DNA of 64,000 nt from Candidatus Sysuimicrobiota bacterium (GTDB lineage: Bacteria; Sysuimicrobiota; Sysuimicrobiia; Sysuimicrobiales; Sysuimicrobiaceae): NCBI GenBank assembly GCA_040289515.1, contig PSLI01000004.1, forward strand, positions 11,111 to 75,110, read 5' to 3'. The notes beneath the pieces were generated by a model. The model saw only the letters and a program-made list of their open reading frames with translations, made no database searches and was not told the origin of the DNA. This document shows, one piece after another, positions 10,394 to 19,440 of the stretch (positions are counted from its first letter, which is position 1; every line of letters starts with the position of its first letter). The translations under genes and the position numbers were made by a program.

Positions 10394-10738
10394 ATGATCT
10401 TCCTGCAGGCCCAGGGTGCGCAGGGACAGACCGGCCTCCTGCCCACCCTGGTGGTGTGGGCGCTGTTGCTGGTGATGTTCTACGTCCTCCTGATCCGCCC
10501 GCAGCAACAACAGCAGAAGCGGCGGAGGGAGATGTTGAGCAAACTGCGCAAGGGCGACCGGGTGGTCACCGTGGGCGGGCTGCACGCCACCATCACGGAT
10601 GTGCAGGACGACGTGCTGACTCTGGAGCTAGCGCCCAACGTCCGGGTGCGGGCGGACCGCACCGCGGTGGCGTCCGTGCGGAGCCGGCGCCCGGAGGCGG
10701 AAGGTAAGGAGCGGGAGGCCAAGGCCAAATCAGGGTAG
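10394..10738 (+). CDS. yajC: Preprotein translocase subunit YajC
   Basis: FYVLLIRPQQQQQK...LRKGDRVVTVGGL. Confidence 0.95.
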   Translation: MIFLQAQGAQGQTGLLPTLVVWALLLVMFYVLLIRPQQQQQKRRREMLSKLRKGDRVVTVGGLHATITDVQDDVLTLELAPNVRVRADRTAVASVRSRRPEAEGKEREAKAKSG

Positions 10739-10765
10739 AGGACCTGGCGGATTCGGGGGTGCGGG

Positions 10766-12031
10766 ATGTCGGTGGTACTAGAGGCCGAGCAGGAGAACCC
10801 CTTCGAGGCGGTCTGCCGGTGGATCGACCGGGCCTCCGCCCTCCTCGGCTACGATGAGTCCACCAGCAAGCCGTTAAAACACCCGCGGCGGTGCGTCGTG
10901 GTCTCCCTACCCGTGGAGATGGACGACGGGCGGGTGGAGGTCTTCACGGGCTACCGGGTGCAGTACGACACCGCGCGGGGGCCGTGCAAGGGGGGGGTGC
11001 GGTACCACCCCAACGTGAATCTGGATGAGATGAAGGCCCTGGCCGCGTACATGTCCATCAAGTGTGCGGTGGTGGATATCCCCTTCGGGGGTGGCAAGGG
11101 CGGGGTGGCCTGCGACCCTGCGCGCCTGTCGCACCGGGAGCTGGAGCGCATCACGCGCCGGTACACTGCGGAGATCTTTGACATCATCGGGCCCGATAAG
11201 GACATCCCCGCGCCCGACGTGGGCACCAACGCCCAGGTCATGGCGTGGATCATGGACACCATCTCCATGAAGCGGGGCTACCTGGAGCCTGGTACGGTCA
11301 CGGGCAAGCCCATTCCCCTGGGCGGCTCCCGGGGTCGGGAAGAGGCCACAGGCCGCGGCATCCTGGTGGTGGCCCGGGAGGCGTTCGCGCACCTGGACCT
11401 GTCCCTGGAGGGGGCGCGGGTGGTGGTGCAGGGCTTCGGCAACGTGGGCTACCACACCGCGCGCCTGCTGCACGAGGCCGGGGCCCGGGTGGTGGCGGTG
11501 AGCGACGTGCACGGGGGCATCTACCATCCGGACGGCCTCGTGCCCCGGCTGGTGCGGGAACACCTGGATCGGACGGGCAGCGTGGTCGGCTATCCCGGCA
11601 GCCGGACCCTGACCAACGCGGAGCTGTTGGAGCTAGAGTGCGACCTGCTCGTGCCCGCGGCCATCGAGAACCAGATCACCCGCCACAACGCCCACGCCGT
11701 CCGCGCGCGGGTGCTGGTGGAGGGAGCCAACGGGCCCACCACCCCGCAGGCGGACGAGATCCTGCGGCGGCGGGGCGTGTTCGTGGTGCCCGACGTCCTG
11801 GCCAACGCGGGTGGGGTGGTGGTGAGCTACTTCGAGTGGGTGCAGGACCGCTACGGGTACTTCTGGCGGGAAGACCAGGTGCGCAGCCGGCTAGAAGACA
11901 AGATGCGGCAGGCCTTCCGGGACGTGCTGGCGCTGGCAACCCAGCTGGGTGTGGACCTCCGCACGGGTGCTTTCTGCCTGGGAGTTCAGCGGATCGTGGA
12001 GGCCCGCCGGCTGAGGGGTCTGTATGCCTGA
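10766..12031 (+). CDS. gdhA: Glutamate dehydrogenase (Glu/Leu/Phe/Val dehydrogenase family)
   Basis: GPCKGGVRYHP, PFGGGKGG, DIPAPDVGT, QGFGNVG, EGANGP. Confidence 0.93.
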   Translation: MSVVLEAEQENPFEAVCRWIDRASALLGYDESTSKPLKHPRRCVVVSLPVEMDDGRVEVFTGYRVQYDTARGPCKGGVRYHPNVNLDEMKALAAYMSIKCAVVDIPFGGGKGGVACDPARLSHRELERITRRYTAEIFDIIGPDKDIPAPDVGTNAQVMAWIMDTISMKRGYLEPGTVTGKPIPLGGSRGREEATGRGILVVAREAFAHLDLSLEGARVVVQGFGNVGYHTARLLHEAGARVVAVSDVHGGIYHPDGLVPRLVREHLDRTGSVVGYPGSRTLTNAELLELECDLLVPAAIENQITRHNAHAVRARVLVEGANGPTTPQADEILRRRGVFVVPDVLANAGGVVVSYFEWVQDRYGYFWREDQVRSRLEDKMRQAFRDVLALATQLGVDLRTGAFCLGVQRIVEARRLRGLYA

Positions 12032-12716
12032 ACCCAGCCCCACCCTAGCGCCCGGCCGGGTCACGGTGGAGGTGGTCAAGCAGGACCCCGAGGTGGCCGC
12101 CTACGTGGAGCGGGCCAACGAGTCCCTGGGCGTGCTGGGCTACACCGAGCACGGGGTCCGCCACGCGTCCCTGACCAGCCGCATCGCCTACAACATCCTG
12201 CGGCGGCTGGGCTACCCCGAGCGGGAGTGCGAGCTGGCCGCCATCGCCGCGTACCTGCACGACATCGGCAACCTCGTGAGCCGCCTCAACCACGAGCACA
12301 CGGGTGCCCTTCTGGCGGGCGCCATTCTGCAGCGGCTGGGCATGGACGCCGCAGAGCGGGCGGTGGTCATGAGCGCCATCGGCAACCACGAGGAGTCCCA
12401 CGGGCAGCCCGTCAGTGCGGTGGGGGCCGCGGTGATCCTGGCGGACAAGTCGGACGTGCACCGCAGCCGGGTCCGCAATCCCGATCCCGCCACCTTTGAC
12501 ATTCACGACCGGGTGAACTACGCGGTGGAGCACTCTTTTTTGCGGGTGGACGAGCGGACCAAGGAGATCACCCTGGAGCTCACCATCAACACGGACAAGG
12601 CCCCCGTCATGGAGTACTTCGAGATCTTTCTGTCCCGGATGGTCATGTGTCGGCGGGCCGCGGAGCACCTGGGCTGCGCCTTCAAGCTGCAGATCAACGG
12701 GGTGCGGTTCCTGTAG
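12024..12716 (+). CDS. HD domain phosphohydrolase
   Basis: GYTEHGVRH, LHDIGN, GNHEE, ADKSDV; family usually found beside yajC. Confidence 0.9.
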   Translation: MPEPSPTLAPGRVTVEVVKQDPEVAAYVERANESLGVLGYTEHGVRHASLTSRIAYNILRRLGYPERECELAAIAAYLHDIGNLVSRLNHEHTGALLAGAILQRLGMDAAERAVVMSAIGNHEESHGQPVSAVGAAVILADKSDVHRSRVRNPDPATFDIHDRVNYAVEHSFLRVDERTKEITLELTINTDKAPVMEYFEIFLSRMVMCRRAAEHLGCAFKLQINGVRFL

Positions 12717-12745
12717 CTGCTGAGGTCTGCGCGGCCGCGGCAGGT

Positions 12746-12774
12746 TTGACGGTCCCCCCGCAGAGGGCTATCCT
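12746..12774 (+). promoter_or_regulatory. Sigma70 promoter of the hem operon
   Basis: TTGACG-N17-TATCCT, 15 nt before the hemA ATG. Confidence 0.7.
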
Positions 12775-12789
12775 CGACGCGGAGCCGCC

Positions 12790-14088
12790 ATGATCATCCT
12801 CTGCGTGGGCACCAGCCACCGGACGGCACCCGTGGAGGTGCGGGAGCGCGTGGCGTTCCCGGAGAGCCGCCTGGGGGTGGCTTCCGCGCTCCTCCGGGGC
12901 CGCGATGGGCTGCACGAGGCGGTCGTTCTGTCCACCTGTAACCGCACGGAGGCGTACGTGGTGGCTGAGGAGGCTTGCGCGGGAACCCGGGCGGTCCTGG
13001 ATTTCTGGGGTGACTACCACGGGCTTCTCCCACAGGAAATGGAGCCATACGTGTACGCCTTGGTGGGTCCGGACGCGGTCCGCCACGTGTTCCGGGTGGC
13101 TGCGGGGCTGGACTCCATGATGGTGGGTGAGGTGCAGATTCTGGGGCAGGTGCGGGAGGCGTTCCGCGCCGCCCGCACCGCGCGGGCCACCGGCCCCCTG
13201 CTGGACGCCCTGTTCCGGCATGCCATCGCCGCGGGCCGCCGGGTCCGCCAGCAGACGGGAATTGAGCGTGGTTCCCTCTCGGTGCCGCAGGCTGCGGTGC
13301 AGCTCGCTCAGCAGCTGCTGGGGGGGTTGGAGGGTCGGCAGGTGCTGGTCCTGGGCGCCGGGGAGATGGCGGAGCTCACCGTGCGCCACCTGGTGGAGGC
13401 GGGCTGCGGGGGCGTGGTGGTGTGCAACCGCACCCTGGAGCACGCGCGGCCGGTGGCAGAGCGGCTGGGAGGGGTGGCGGTCCGGTTCGATGAGCTGAGC
13501 TGCTACCTGAGCCGGGTGGACATCGTGGTCACGTCCACCGCGGCGCCGCACCCGGTGGTGGAACCCGAGCTGGTGGTGCAGGCGCTCGCGGGCCGCCGCG
13601 AGCCCCTGGTGTTCGTGGACATCGCGGTCCCCCGGGATGTCCACCCCGCGGTGGGCCAGCTGCCCGGGGTGCGGCTGTTCAACGTGGACGACCTGCAGGC
13701 CGTAAGCGAGGCCACCCGCCAGGCCCGGCAGGCGGAGGTGATGCAGGCAGAGCGCATCGTGGCGGAGGAAACGGAACGGTTTTTCGGCTGGCTACGATCC
13801 TTGAAGGTGGTCCCCCTCATCACCGCCCTGAGGGCCCGCGCGGAGGCGGTGGCGGAGGAGGAGTGGCGGAGGGCGTTGCCGCGGCTGCAGGGGCTGACGC
13901 ACGAGGAGCGGGAGGCGGTGCGGGCCCTAGTGCACGCGGTGGTGAACCGGCTGCTGCACGGGCCCATCGTGCGCCTCAAGGAGATCGCCCGGCGGGAGGA
14001 GCCGGTTTACGTGGAAGCCGCCCGGACCCTGCTGGGGTTCGAGGAGGAGGGGGTCCGGGCTGCCGCGGAATCTGAAGCAGGCCGTTGA
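12790..14088 (+). CDS. hemA: Glutamyl-tRNA reductase
   Basis: STCNRTE, GLDSMMVGEVQILGQV, GAGEMA, DIAVPRD. Confidence 0.96.
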   Translation: MIILCVGTSHRTAPVEVRERVAFPESRLGVASALLRGRDGLHEAVVLSTCNRTEAYVVAEEACAGTRAVLDFWGDYHGLLPQEMEPYVYALVGPDAVRHVFRVAAGLDSMMVGEVQILGQVREAFRAARTARATGPLLDALFRHAIAAGRRVRQQTGIERGSLSVPQAAVQLAQQLLGGLEGRQVLVLGAGEMAELTVRHLVEAGCGGVVVCNRTLEHARPVAERLGGVAVRFDELSCYLSRVDIVVTSTAAPHPVVEPELVVQALAGRREPLVFVDIAVPRDVHPAVGQLPGVRLFNVDDLQAVSEATRQARQAEVMQAERIVAEETERFFGWLRSLKVVPLITALRARAEAVAEEEWRRALPRLQGLTHEEREAVRALVHAVVNRLLHGPIVRLKEIARREEPVYVEAARTLLGFEEEGVRAAAESEAGR

Positions 14089-15008
14089 CCCTGCGCGTTG
14101 GCACCCGAGCGAGCTCCCTCAGCCGCCTCCAGACGGACTGGGTCCTCAAGCAGCTACGATCCCTGGACCCGCGCGTGCGGTTCTCCGTGCTGCCCGTGCG
14201 CACCGCAGGAGACCGATCCGCTCGGCCCATCCCCGAGCTGGGCGGTGCCGGATGGTTCACGAAGGAGCTGGAACGCGCCCTGCTGGACGGCGTGGTGGAC
14301 CTGGTGGTGCACAGCCTGAAAGACTTGCCCACGGAGCCTACACCCGGGCTGGTGGTAGCCGCCGTGCCGCCCCGGGAGGACCCCAGGGATGCCCTGGTGG
14401 GTGCGTGGCCCAGCCTGGACGACCTGCCGGCGCAATCCCGTGTGGGGACCTCAAGCCCCCGGCGGAAGGCGCAGCTGCTGGCGTACCGCCACGACGTACA
14501 GGTCGTTCCCCTGCGCGGCAACGTGGACACCCGGTTGCGGAAGGTGGCTTTTGGGGAACCGAGCGCCGCGGTGCTGGCCGCCGCGGGCCTAGTGCGGGGC
14601 GGCTGGCAGGATCACATCCGTCAGCTCCTGGACCCGGACGTGATCCTGCCGGCACCCGGACAGGGGGCGCTGGCCGTCCAGGTGCGGGAGGCAGACCGGG
14701 CGCTGGTTGACCTCGTGGCCGGGCTGGACCACCCGCCCACGCACGCCGCCGTGCGGGCGGAGCGGGCATTCCTGAGGGCGTTGGGTGGCGGGTGCAGCTT
14801 GCCCGCGGCTGCCCTGGCGGAATTTCAGGAGGGGCGGCTGCGGCTGCGGGTTCGGGTGCTGTCGGAGGACGGCAGCCGTCAGGTGTCGGTGCAGCGCGAG
14901 GGCTCTTTGGACGAGCCGGAACGGTTGGGACAGCAAGCCGCAGCAGAGGTTCGTCCGTTTTTGGCCCTGGTGGGAGGCACGCGGTGGGTGCGCAGCGAGC
15001 CCCGCTAG
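14085..15008 (+). CDS. hemC: Hydroxymethylbilane synthase
   Basis: GTRAS, FTKELE, VHSLKDLPT, RGNVDTRL, LGGGC. Confidence 0.96.
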   Translation: MTLRVGTRASSLSRLQTDWVLKQLRSLDPRVRFSVLPVRTAGDRSARPIPELGGAGWFTKELERALLDGVVDLVVHSLKDLPTEPTPGLVVAAVPPREDPRDALVGAWPSLDDLPAQSRVGTSSPRRKAQLLAYRHDVQVVPLRGNVDTRLRKVAFGEPSAAVLAAAGLVRGGWQDHIRQLLDPDVILPAPGQGALAVQVREADRALVDLVAGLDHPPTHAAVRAERAFLRALGGGCSLPAAALAEFQEGRLRLRVRVLSEDGSRQVSVQREGSLDEPERLGQQAAAEVRPFLALVGGTRWVRSEPR

Positions 15009-15769
15009 AGGGCCGCACGGTGCTGGTCACCCGACCCCAGGATCAGGCGCAGGGGCTACGGACAGCCCTGCAGGCTCTGGGGGCCACGGTGCACGCGGTG
15101 CCCGTGATCCGGATTCGCGCCCTGGAGGACCCAGGTGCGCTGCGCCGCGCCGCGAGCCAGCTGGGGACCTATCACTGGCTGGTGTTCACCAGCCGGAACG
15201 GTGTCTTTGCCCTCGCGGAGCAGCTGCCTTCCCCGGAGCCGCTGCCCGAGGGCGTGCGGGTGGCGTGCATCGGTCCGGCTACCGCGGAAGCCGTCCGGCA
15301 GCTGGGCTGGCCCGTGCACCTGCAGCCCAGCCAGTACGTGGCAGAGTCCCTGGTGGAGGCCTTCCAGGAGGTGGGGATGGGTGGCCGCCGGGTTCTCCTG
15401 GTTCGCGCACAGGAGGCGCGGGGCGCCCTACCCGAGGGCCTGCGCCGCCTGGGAGCCCAGGTGGAGGTGGTCTGCGCGTACCGCACGGAGCCTGCGTACA
15501 ATGAAGCGGGGCGCCTACAGGAGGTGCTGCGGCAGGGTGTGGACGTGACTACTTTCTGCAGCCCTTCCGCGGTGCGGGCCGCGGTGCAGCTGTGCGGGGG
15601 GGCAACGCTGCTCCTTGAGGCTGTGCCCGCGGTGTGCATCGGTCCGGTGACCGCCTCCGCCGCGCTTCGGGCGGGACTCCGGGTTGCGGCGGTAGCGCAC
15701 CCGCACACCCAGGAGGGGCTCGTGGAGGCGGTGGTACGTTTCGTGCGGGGACAAGGGGGGCAACCGTGA
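14984..15769 (+). CDS. hemD: Uroporphyrinogen-III synthase
   Basis: PLEGRTVLVTRP, WLVFTSRNGV, CIGPATA, AYRT; start is approximate. Confidence 0.92.
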   Translation: MGAQRAPLEGRTVLVTRPQDQAQGLRTALQALGATVHAVPVIRIRALEDPGALRRAASQLGTYHWLVFTSRNGVFALAEQLPSPEPLPEGVRVACIGPATAEAVRQLGWPVHLQPSQYVAESLVEAFQEVGMGGRRVLLVRAQEARGALPEGLRRLGAQVEVVCAYRTEPAYNEAGRLQEVLRQGVDVTTFCSPSAVRAAVQLCGGATLLLEAVPAVCIGPVTASAALRAGLRVAAVAHPHTQEGLVEAVVRFVRGQGGQP

Positions 15770-16746
15770 GCTTTCCCGCATACCGGAGCCGACGGTTGCG
15801 GCGCACGGAGGCACTCCGGCGCCTGTCCCGGGAGGTGGAGCTATCTAGCTCCCACCTCATCGCGCCCCTGTTCGTCAAGGAGGGCATCCCGAACCCCGTG
15901 CCCATCCCCTCCCTGCCGGGTCAGGTGCAGCACACCCTGTCCAGTCTCGTGCAGGAGGTGGGCGAGCTGGTGGAGCTGGGGGTAGGTGCGGTGATCCTGT
16001 TCGGGATCCCTGCCCACAAGGACCCGGTGGGAAGCGGTGCCTGGGACGACCAGGGGATCGTGCAGCGGGCCCTGCGGGCGCTGCGGTCGGAGTTCCAAGA
16101 CCGCGTGGTGCTGATGGCGGACCTGTGCCTGTGCGAGTACACCAACCACGGACACTGTGGGGTCCTGGCGGACGGCCCGGAGACGGTGGACAACGACCGC
16201 ACCCTGGAGCTGTACGCCCGCATCGCGACCAGCCAGGCCCGCGCGGGCGCGGACGTCATCGCGCCCAGCGGGGTGATGGACGGCCAGGTGGCCGCCATCC
16301 GCCGGGCCCTCGATGAGACGGGGTTCTCTCAGGTGGCCATCGTAAGCTACGCCGCCAAGTTTGCTTCGGCCTTCTACGGGCCGTTCCGGGAGGCCGCGGA
16401 GTCCGCGCCACGCTTTGGACACCGCCGAGCTTACCAGCTTGAGCCGGTCAACCTGCGGGCGGCGCTGCGCCGGGTGGCGGAGGAGGTGCAGGAGGGCGCG
16501 GACGCCGTGATGGTCAAGCCCGCCCTCCCGTACCTGGACGTGCTGCGGGAGGTGCGTCGACGCTTTTTCGTGCCCGTGGCCGCCTACTGCGTGAGCGGGG
16601 AGTACGCCATGGTGCACGCCGCGGCGCAGCGGGGCTGGCTGGATCTGGAATCTGCCATGATGGAGGTCCTGCTGTCCGTGCGGCGGGCGGGCGCGGATTG
16701 GATCCTCACGTACTTCGCCAAGGACGCGGCGCGGCACCTGCGGTGA
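15766..16746 (+). CDS. hemB: Porphobilinogen synthase
   Basis: DLCLCEYTNHGHCG zinc site, SYAAKFASAFYGPFREA, MVKPALPYLD. Confidence 0.96.
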   Translation: MSFPAYRSRRLRRTEALRRLSREVELSSSHLIAPLFVKEGIPNPVPIPSLPGQVQHTLSSLVQEVGELVELGVGAVILFGIPAHKDPVGSGAWDDQGIVQRALRALRSEFQDRVVLMADLCLCEYTNHGHCGVLADGPETVDNDRTLELYARIATSQARAGADVIAPSGVMDGQVAAIRRALDETGFSQVAIVSYAAKFASAFYGPFREAAESAPRFGHRRAYQLEPVNLRAALRRVAEEVQEGADAVMVKPALPYLDVLREVRRRFFVPVAAYCVSGEYAMVHAAAQRGWLDLESAMMEVLLSVRRAGADWILTYFAKDAARHLR

Positions 16747-18026
16747 GGCTGTCCTCCGAAGCCTTGTTCCAGCGGGCGCGGCAGGTGATGCCGGGGGGTG
16801 TCAGCAGCCCCGTGCGCGCCTTCCGCGCGGTAGGGGGCACGCCGCCGTTTTCGGTGCGAGGGATGGGCGCGTATGTGGTGGACGTGGAGGGCCGCCGCTA
16901 CGTGGACTGCGTGGGCTCGTGGGGTGCGCTGATCTTGGGCCACGCCCACCCCGCGGTGGTGCAGGCCGCGCAGGCGGCGGTGGCGGACGGCAGTAGCTTC
17001 GGGGCACCCACCCCGTGGGAGGTAGAGTTCTGTGAGCGCCTGTGCCGGGCCATCCCGGGCATGGAGCGGGTGCGGCTCGTGAACTCGGGTACCGAGGCGG
17101 TGATGAGCGCCGTGCGGGTGGCTCGCGCGGCCACGGGCCGTGAGGGGATCGTGAAGTTCGACGGGGGCTACCACGGGCACACAGACGCCCTCCTGGTGCA
17201 GGCGGGCTCCGGGGCGGCCACGTTCGGCGTGCCCGACAGCGCGGGCGTACCCGCCTCCGCGGTGCGGGCCTCCTTCTCCCTGCCGTGCAACGACCTGGAG
17301 GCGGCCCAGGCCCTGTTCCGGCATCGGGGCCACGAGATCGCGGCGGTCCTGGTGGAGCCCGTGGCGGGCAACATGGGGACGGTGGCCCCTCGGCCCGAGT
17401 TTCTGCAGGGGCTGCGCGCGCTCATCCAAGAGTACGGTGCGCTGCTGGTGCTGGAGGAGGTCATCACAGGCTTCCGCCTGCGCTCCGGGGCGGCGCAGGA
17501 CCTGTTTGGCGTGCGGGCCGACCTTGCGTGCTTGGGCAAGGTCATCGGCGGTGGGTTTCCCCTGGCCGCGTACGGGGGCAGGGCGGACCTCATGGGCTTG
17601 GTGGCCCCGGAGGGCCCCGTGTACCAGGCCGGAACCCTGTCGGGCAACCCTGTGGCCGTGCGGGCGGGCCTGGCCACCCTCCAGCAGCTGGAAGACGGAG
17701 GGGTGTACGGGCGGTTGGAGCAGCATGGTCGGATGCTGGAGGAGGGGCTGCAGGAGGCCGCCCGCAGGGCGGCTGTAGCCGTGCAGGTGAACCGCGTGGG
17801 CTCCATGCTGACGGTGTTTTTCTGCGCGCACCCGGTGGTGGACTTCGCCACGGCCCGGAAGTCCGACGGGGCCCGGTTCGCCCGCTTCTTCCACGCCATG
17901 CTGGAACGGGGGGTGTACCTGCCCCCCTCACCCTTCGAGTCGTGGTTCTTGTCCGCGGTCCACGGGACCCGGGAGGTGGCCCACATCCTGGCGGCCTCGC
18001 AGGAGGCGTTCCGGGAGGCGGCATGA
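16743..18026 (+). CDS. hemL: Glutamate-1-semialdehyde 2,1-aminomutase
   Basis: MPGGVSSPVRAF, NSGTEA, GKVIGGG, YQAGTLSGNP. Confidence 0.96.
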   Translation: MRLSSEALFQRARQVMPGGVSSPVRAFRAVGGTPPFSVRGMGAYVVDVEGRRYVDCVGSWGALILGHAHPAVVQAAQAAVADGSSFGAPTPWEVEFCERLCRAIPGMERVRLVNSGTEAVMSAVRVARAATGREGIVKFDGGYHGHTDALLVQAGSGAATFGVPDSAGVPASAVRASFSLPCNDLEAAQALFRHRGHEIAAVLVEPVAGNMGTVAPRPEFLQGLRALIQEYGALLVLEEVITGFRLRSGAAQDLFGVRADLACLGKVIGGGFPLAAYGGRADLMGLVAPEGPVYQAGTLSGNPVAVRAGLATLQQLEDGGVYGRLEQHGRMLEEGLQEAARRAAVAVQVNRVGSMLTVFFCAHPVVDFATARKSDGARFARFFHAMLERGVYLPPSPFESWFLSAVHGTREVAHILAASQEAFREAA

Positions 18027-18763
18027 GCGGACAGGTGCTGGTGGTGATGCCCCTGTACAACGAGGAGGCCACCGTGGAGGAGGTCCTCCAGGCGGTGTTG
18101 CGCTATGCGCCGCCGGGCGCGGACGTACTGGTGGTGGACGACGGGTCCACGGACCGGTCCCCGGAAATCCTGGCGCGCTTCCCCCAGGTGAAGGTGATCC
18201 GCCACCCGGAGAACCGCGGCTACGGCGCGTCCTTAATCGATGGGTTCCGCTATGCCCTGGAGAGGGGCTACGAGGTGGTGGTTACCGTGGACTGCGACGC
18301 CCAGCACGAACCCTACCTCATCCCGGACCTGCTGAGCGCTTTGGAGAACGCGGAGATCGCCTCCGGGAGTCGCTACCTGCCCGGGTCCTCCCGCGGCCAG
18401 GAGCCTCCGCCGGACCGGGTGCGCATCAACCGGGAGGTGACGCAGCGGGTGAACGCCCTCACGGGCTACCAGCTCACCGACGCCTTCTGCGGCTTCAAGG
18501 CGTACCGGGCGGAGGCCCTGCGCCGGCTGCAGCTGGACGAACCCTCGTACGGGATGCCGCTGCAAGTGTGGGTGCAGGCGGCCCGGTGGGGGCTGCGCGT
18601 GCGGGAGATCCCCATCGGTCGCATTTACAAGAACCCGCACCGACGCTTCTGGGGAGGGCTGGACGATCCCGAGGTGCGGCTGCGCTACTACCTGCAGGTG
18701 CTGGAGCGGGAGGCCTCCCGCTGGCTGCGCCAGCCCACCTGCTCGGGGGAGGGAGGTCCGTGA
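18023..18763 (+). CDS. Glycosyltransferase family 2 (DPM1-like, no TM tail)
   Basis: PLYNEE, VVDDGSTD, NRGYG, DCDAQH, DAFCGFKAY. Confidence 0.92.
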   Translation: MSGQVLVVMPLYNEEATVEEVLQAVLRYAPPGADVLVVDDGSTDRSPEILARFPQVKVIRHPENRGYGASLIDGFRYALERGYEVVVTVDCDAQHEPYLIPDLLSALENAEIASGSRYLPGSSRGQEPPPDRVRINREVTQRVNALTGYQLTDAFCGFKAYRAEALRRLQLDEPSYGMPLQVWVQAARWGLRVREIPIGRIYKNPHRRFWGGLDDPEVRLRYYLQVLEREASRWLRQPTCSGEGGP

Positions 18764-19440
18764 GGACGATCCTGGTCCTTGCCCCGCACCCGGACGACGC
18801 GGAGATCGCCATGGGCGGCACCATGGCGGTCCTGGTGGCGCAGGGCTGGCGGGTGGTGATGTGCGACCTGACGGACGGTGAACCCACCCCCGTGGGGACA
18901 CCCGAGCGCAGACGCCAGGAGGCGGAGCAGGCGGCCCGCATCCTCGGGGTGGAGCGTCAGATCCTGGACCTGCCAAACCGTTTCCTGCTGGACGGGGTGG
19001 AGGCCCGCAAGAAGGTGGCCGCGGTGATCCGCGCGGTGCGGCCGGAGTGGCTGTTTGTGCCGTACTGGGAGGACGCACACCCTGACCACGTGCAGGCCGC
19101 AGCCCTGTGCGAGGCGGCACGGTTTTACGCCAAGCTCACCCACACGGACGTCCCGGGAGAGCCGTGGTACCCGCACCGCGTGGTGCACTTCTTCTCCACC
19201 CACTACCGAATGGTTCGCCGTCCCTCCTTCGTGTTCGACATCAGCGACACCCTGGAGCGCAAAATGGAAAGCCTTCGCGCGTACGAGAGCCAGTTCGGAC
19301 CCGAGCGGGGCAAGCAGGCAGTTCTGGAGGCGGTGCTCCACGCGGCTCGCTACTTCGGTTCCCTCGTGGGCGTCCTGTACGGGGAGCCCTTCCTGCTGCG
19401 GGAGGAGCTCGGGGTGCGAAATCTGGAGGCACTGGTGTGA
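18760..19440 (+). CDS. PIG-L/BshB1-like N-acetylglucosaminyl deacetylase
   Basis: PHPDDAE, DLTDGE, HPDH, AYESQF, YGEPF. Confidence 0.88.
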   Translation: MRTILVLAPHPDDAEIAMGGTMAVLVAQGWRVVMCDLTDGEPTPVGTPERRRQEAEQAARILGVERQILDLPNRFLLDGVEARKKVAAVIRAVRPEWLFVPYWEDAHPDHVQAAALCEAARFYAKLTHTDVPGEPWYPHRVVHFFSTHYRMVRRPSFVFDISDTLERKMESLRAYESQFGPERGKQAVLEAVLHAARYFGSLVGVLYGEPFLLREELGVRNLEALV

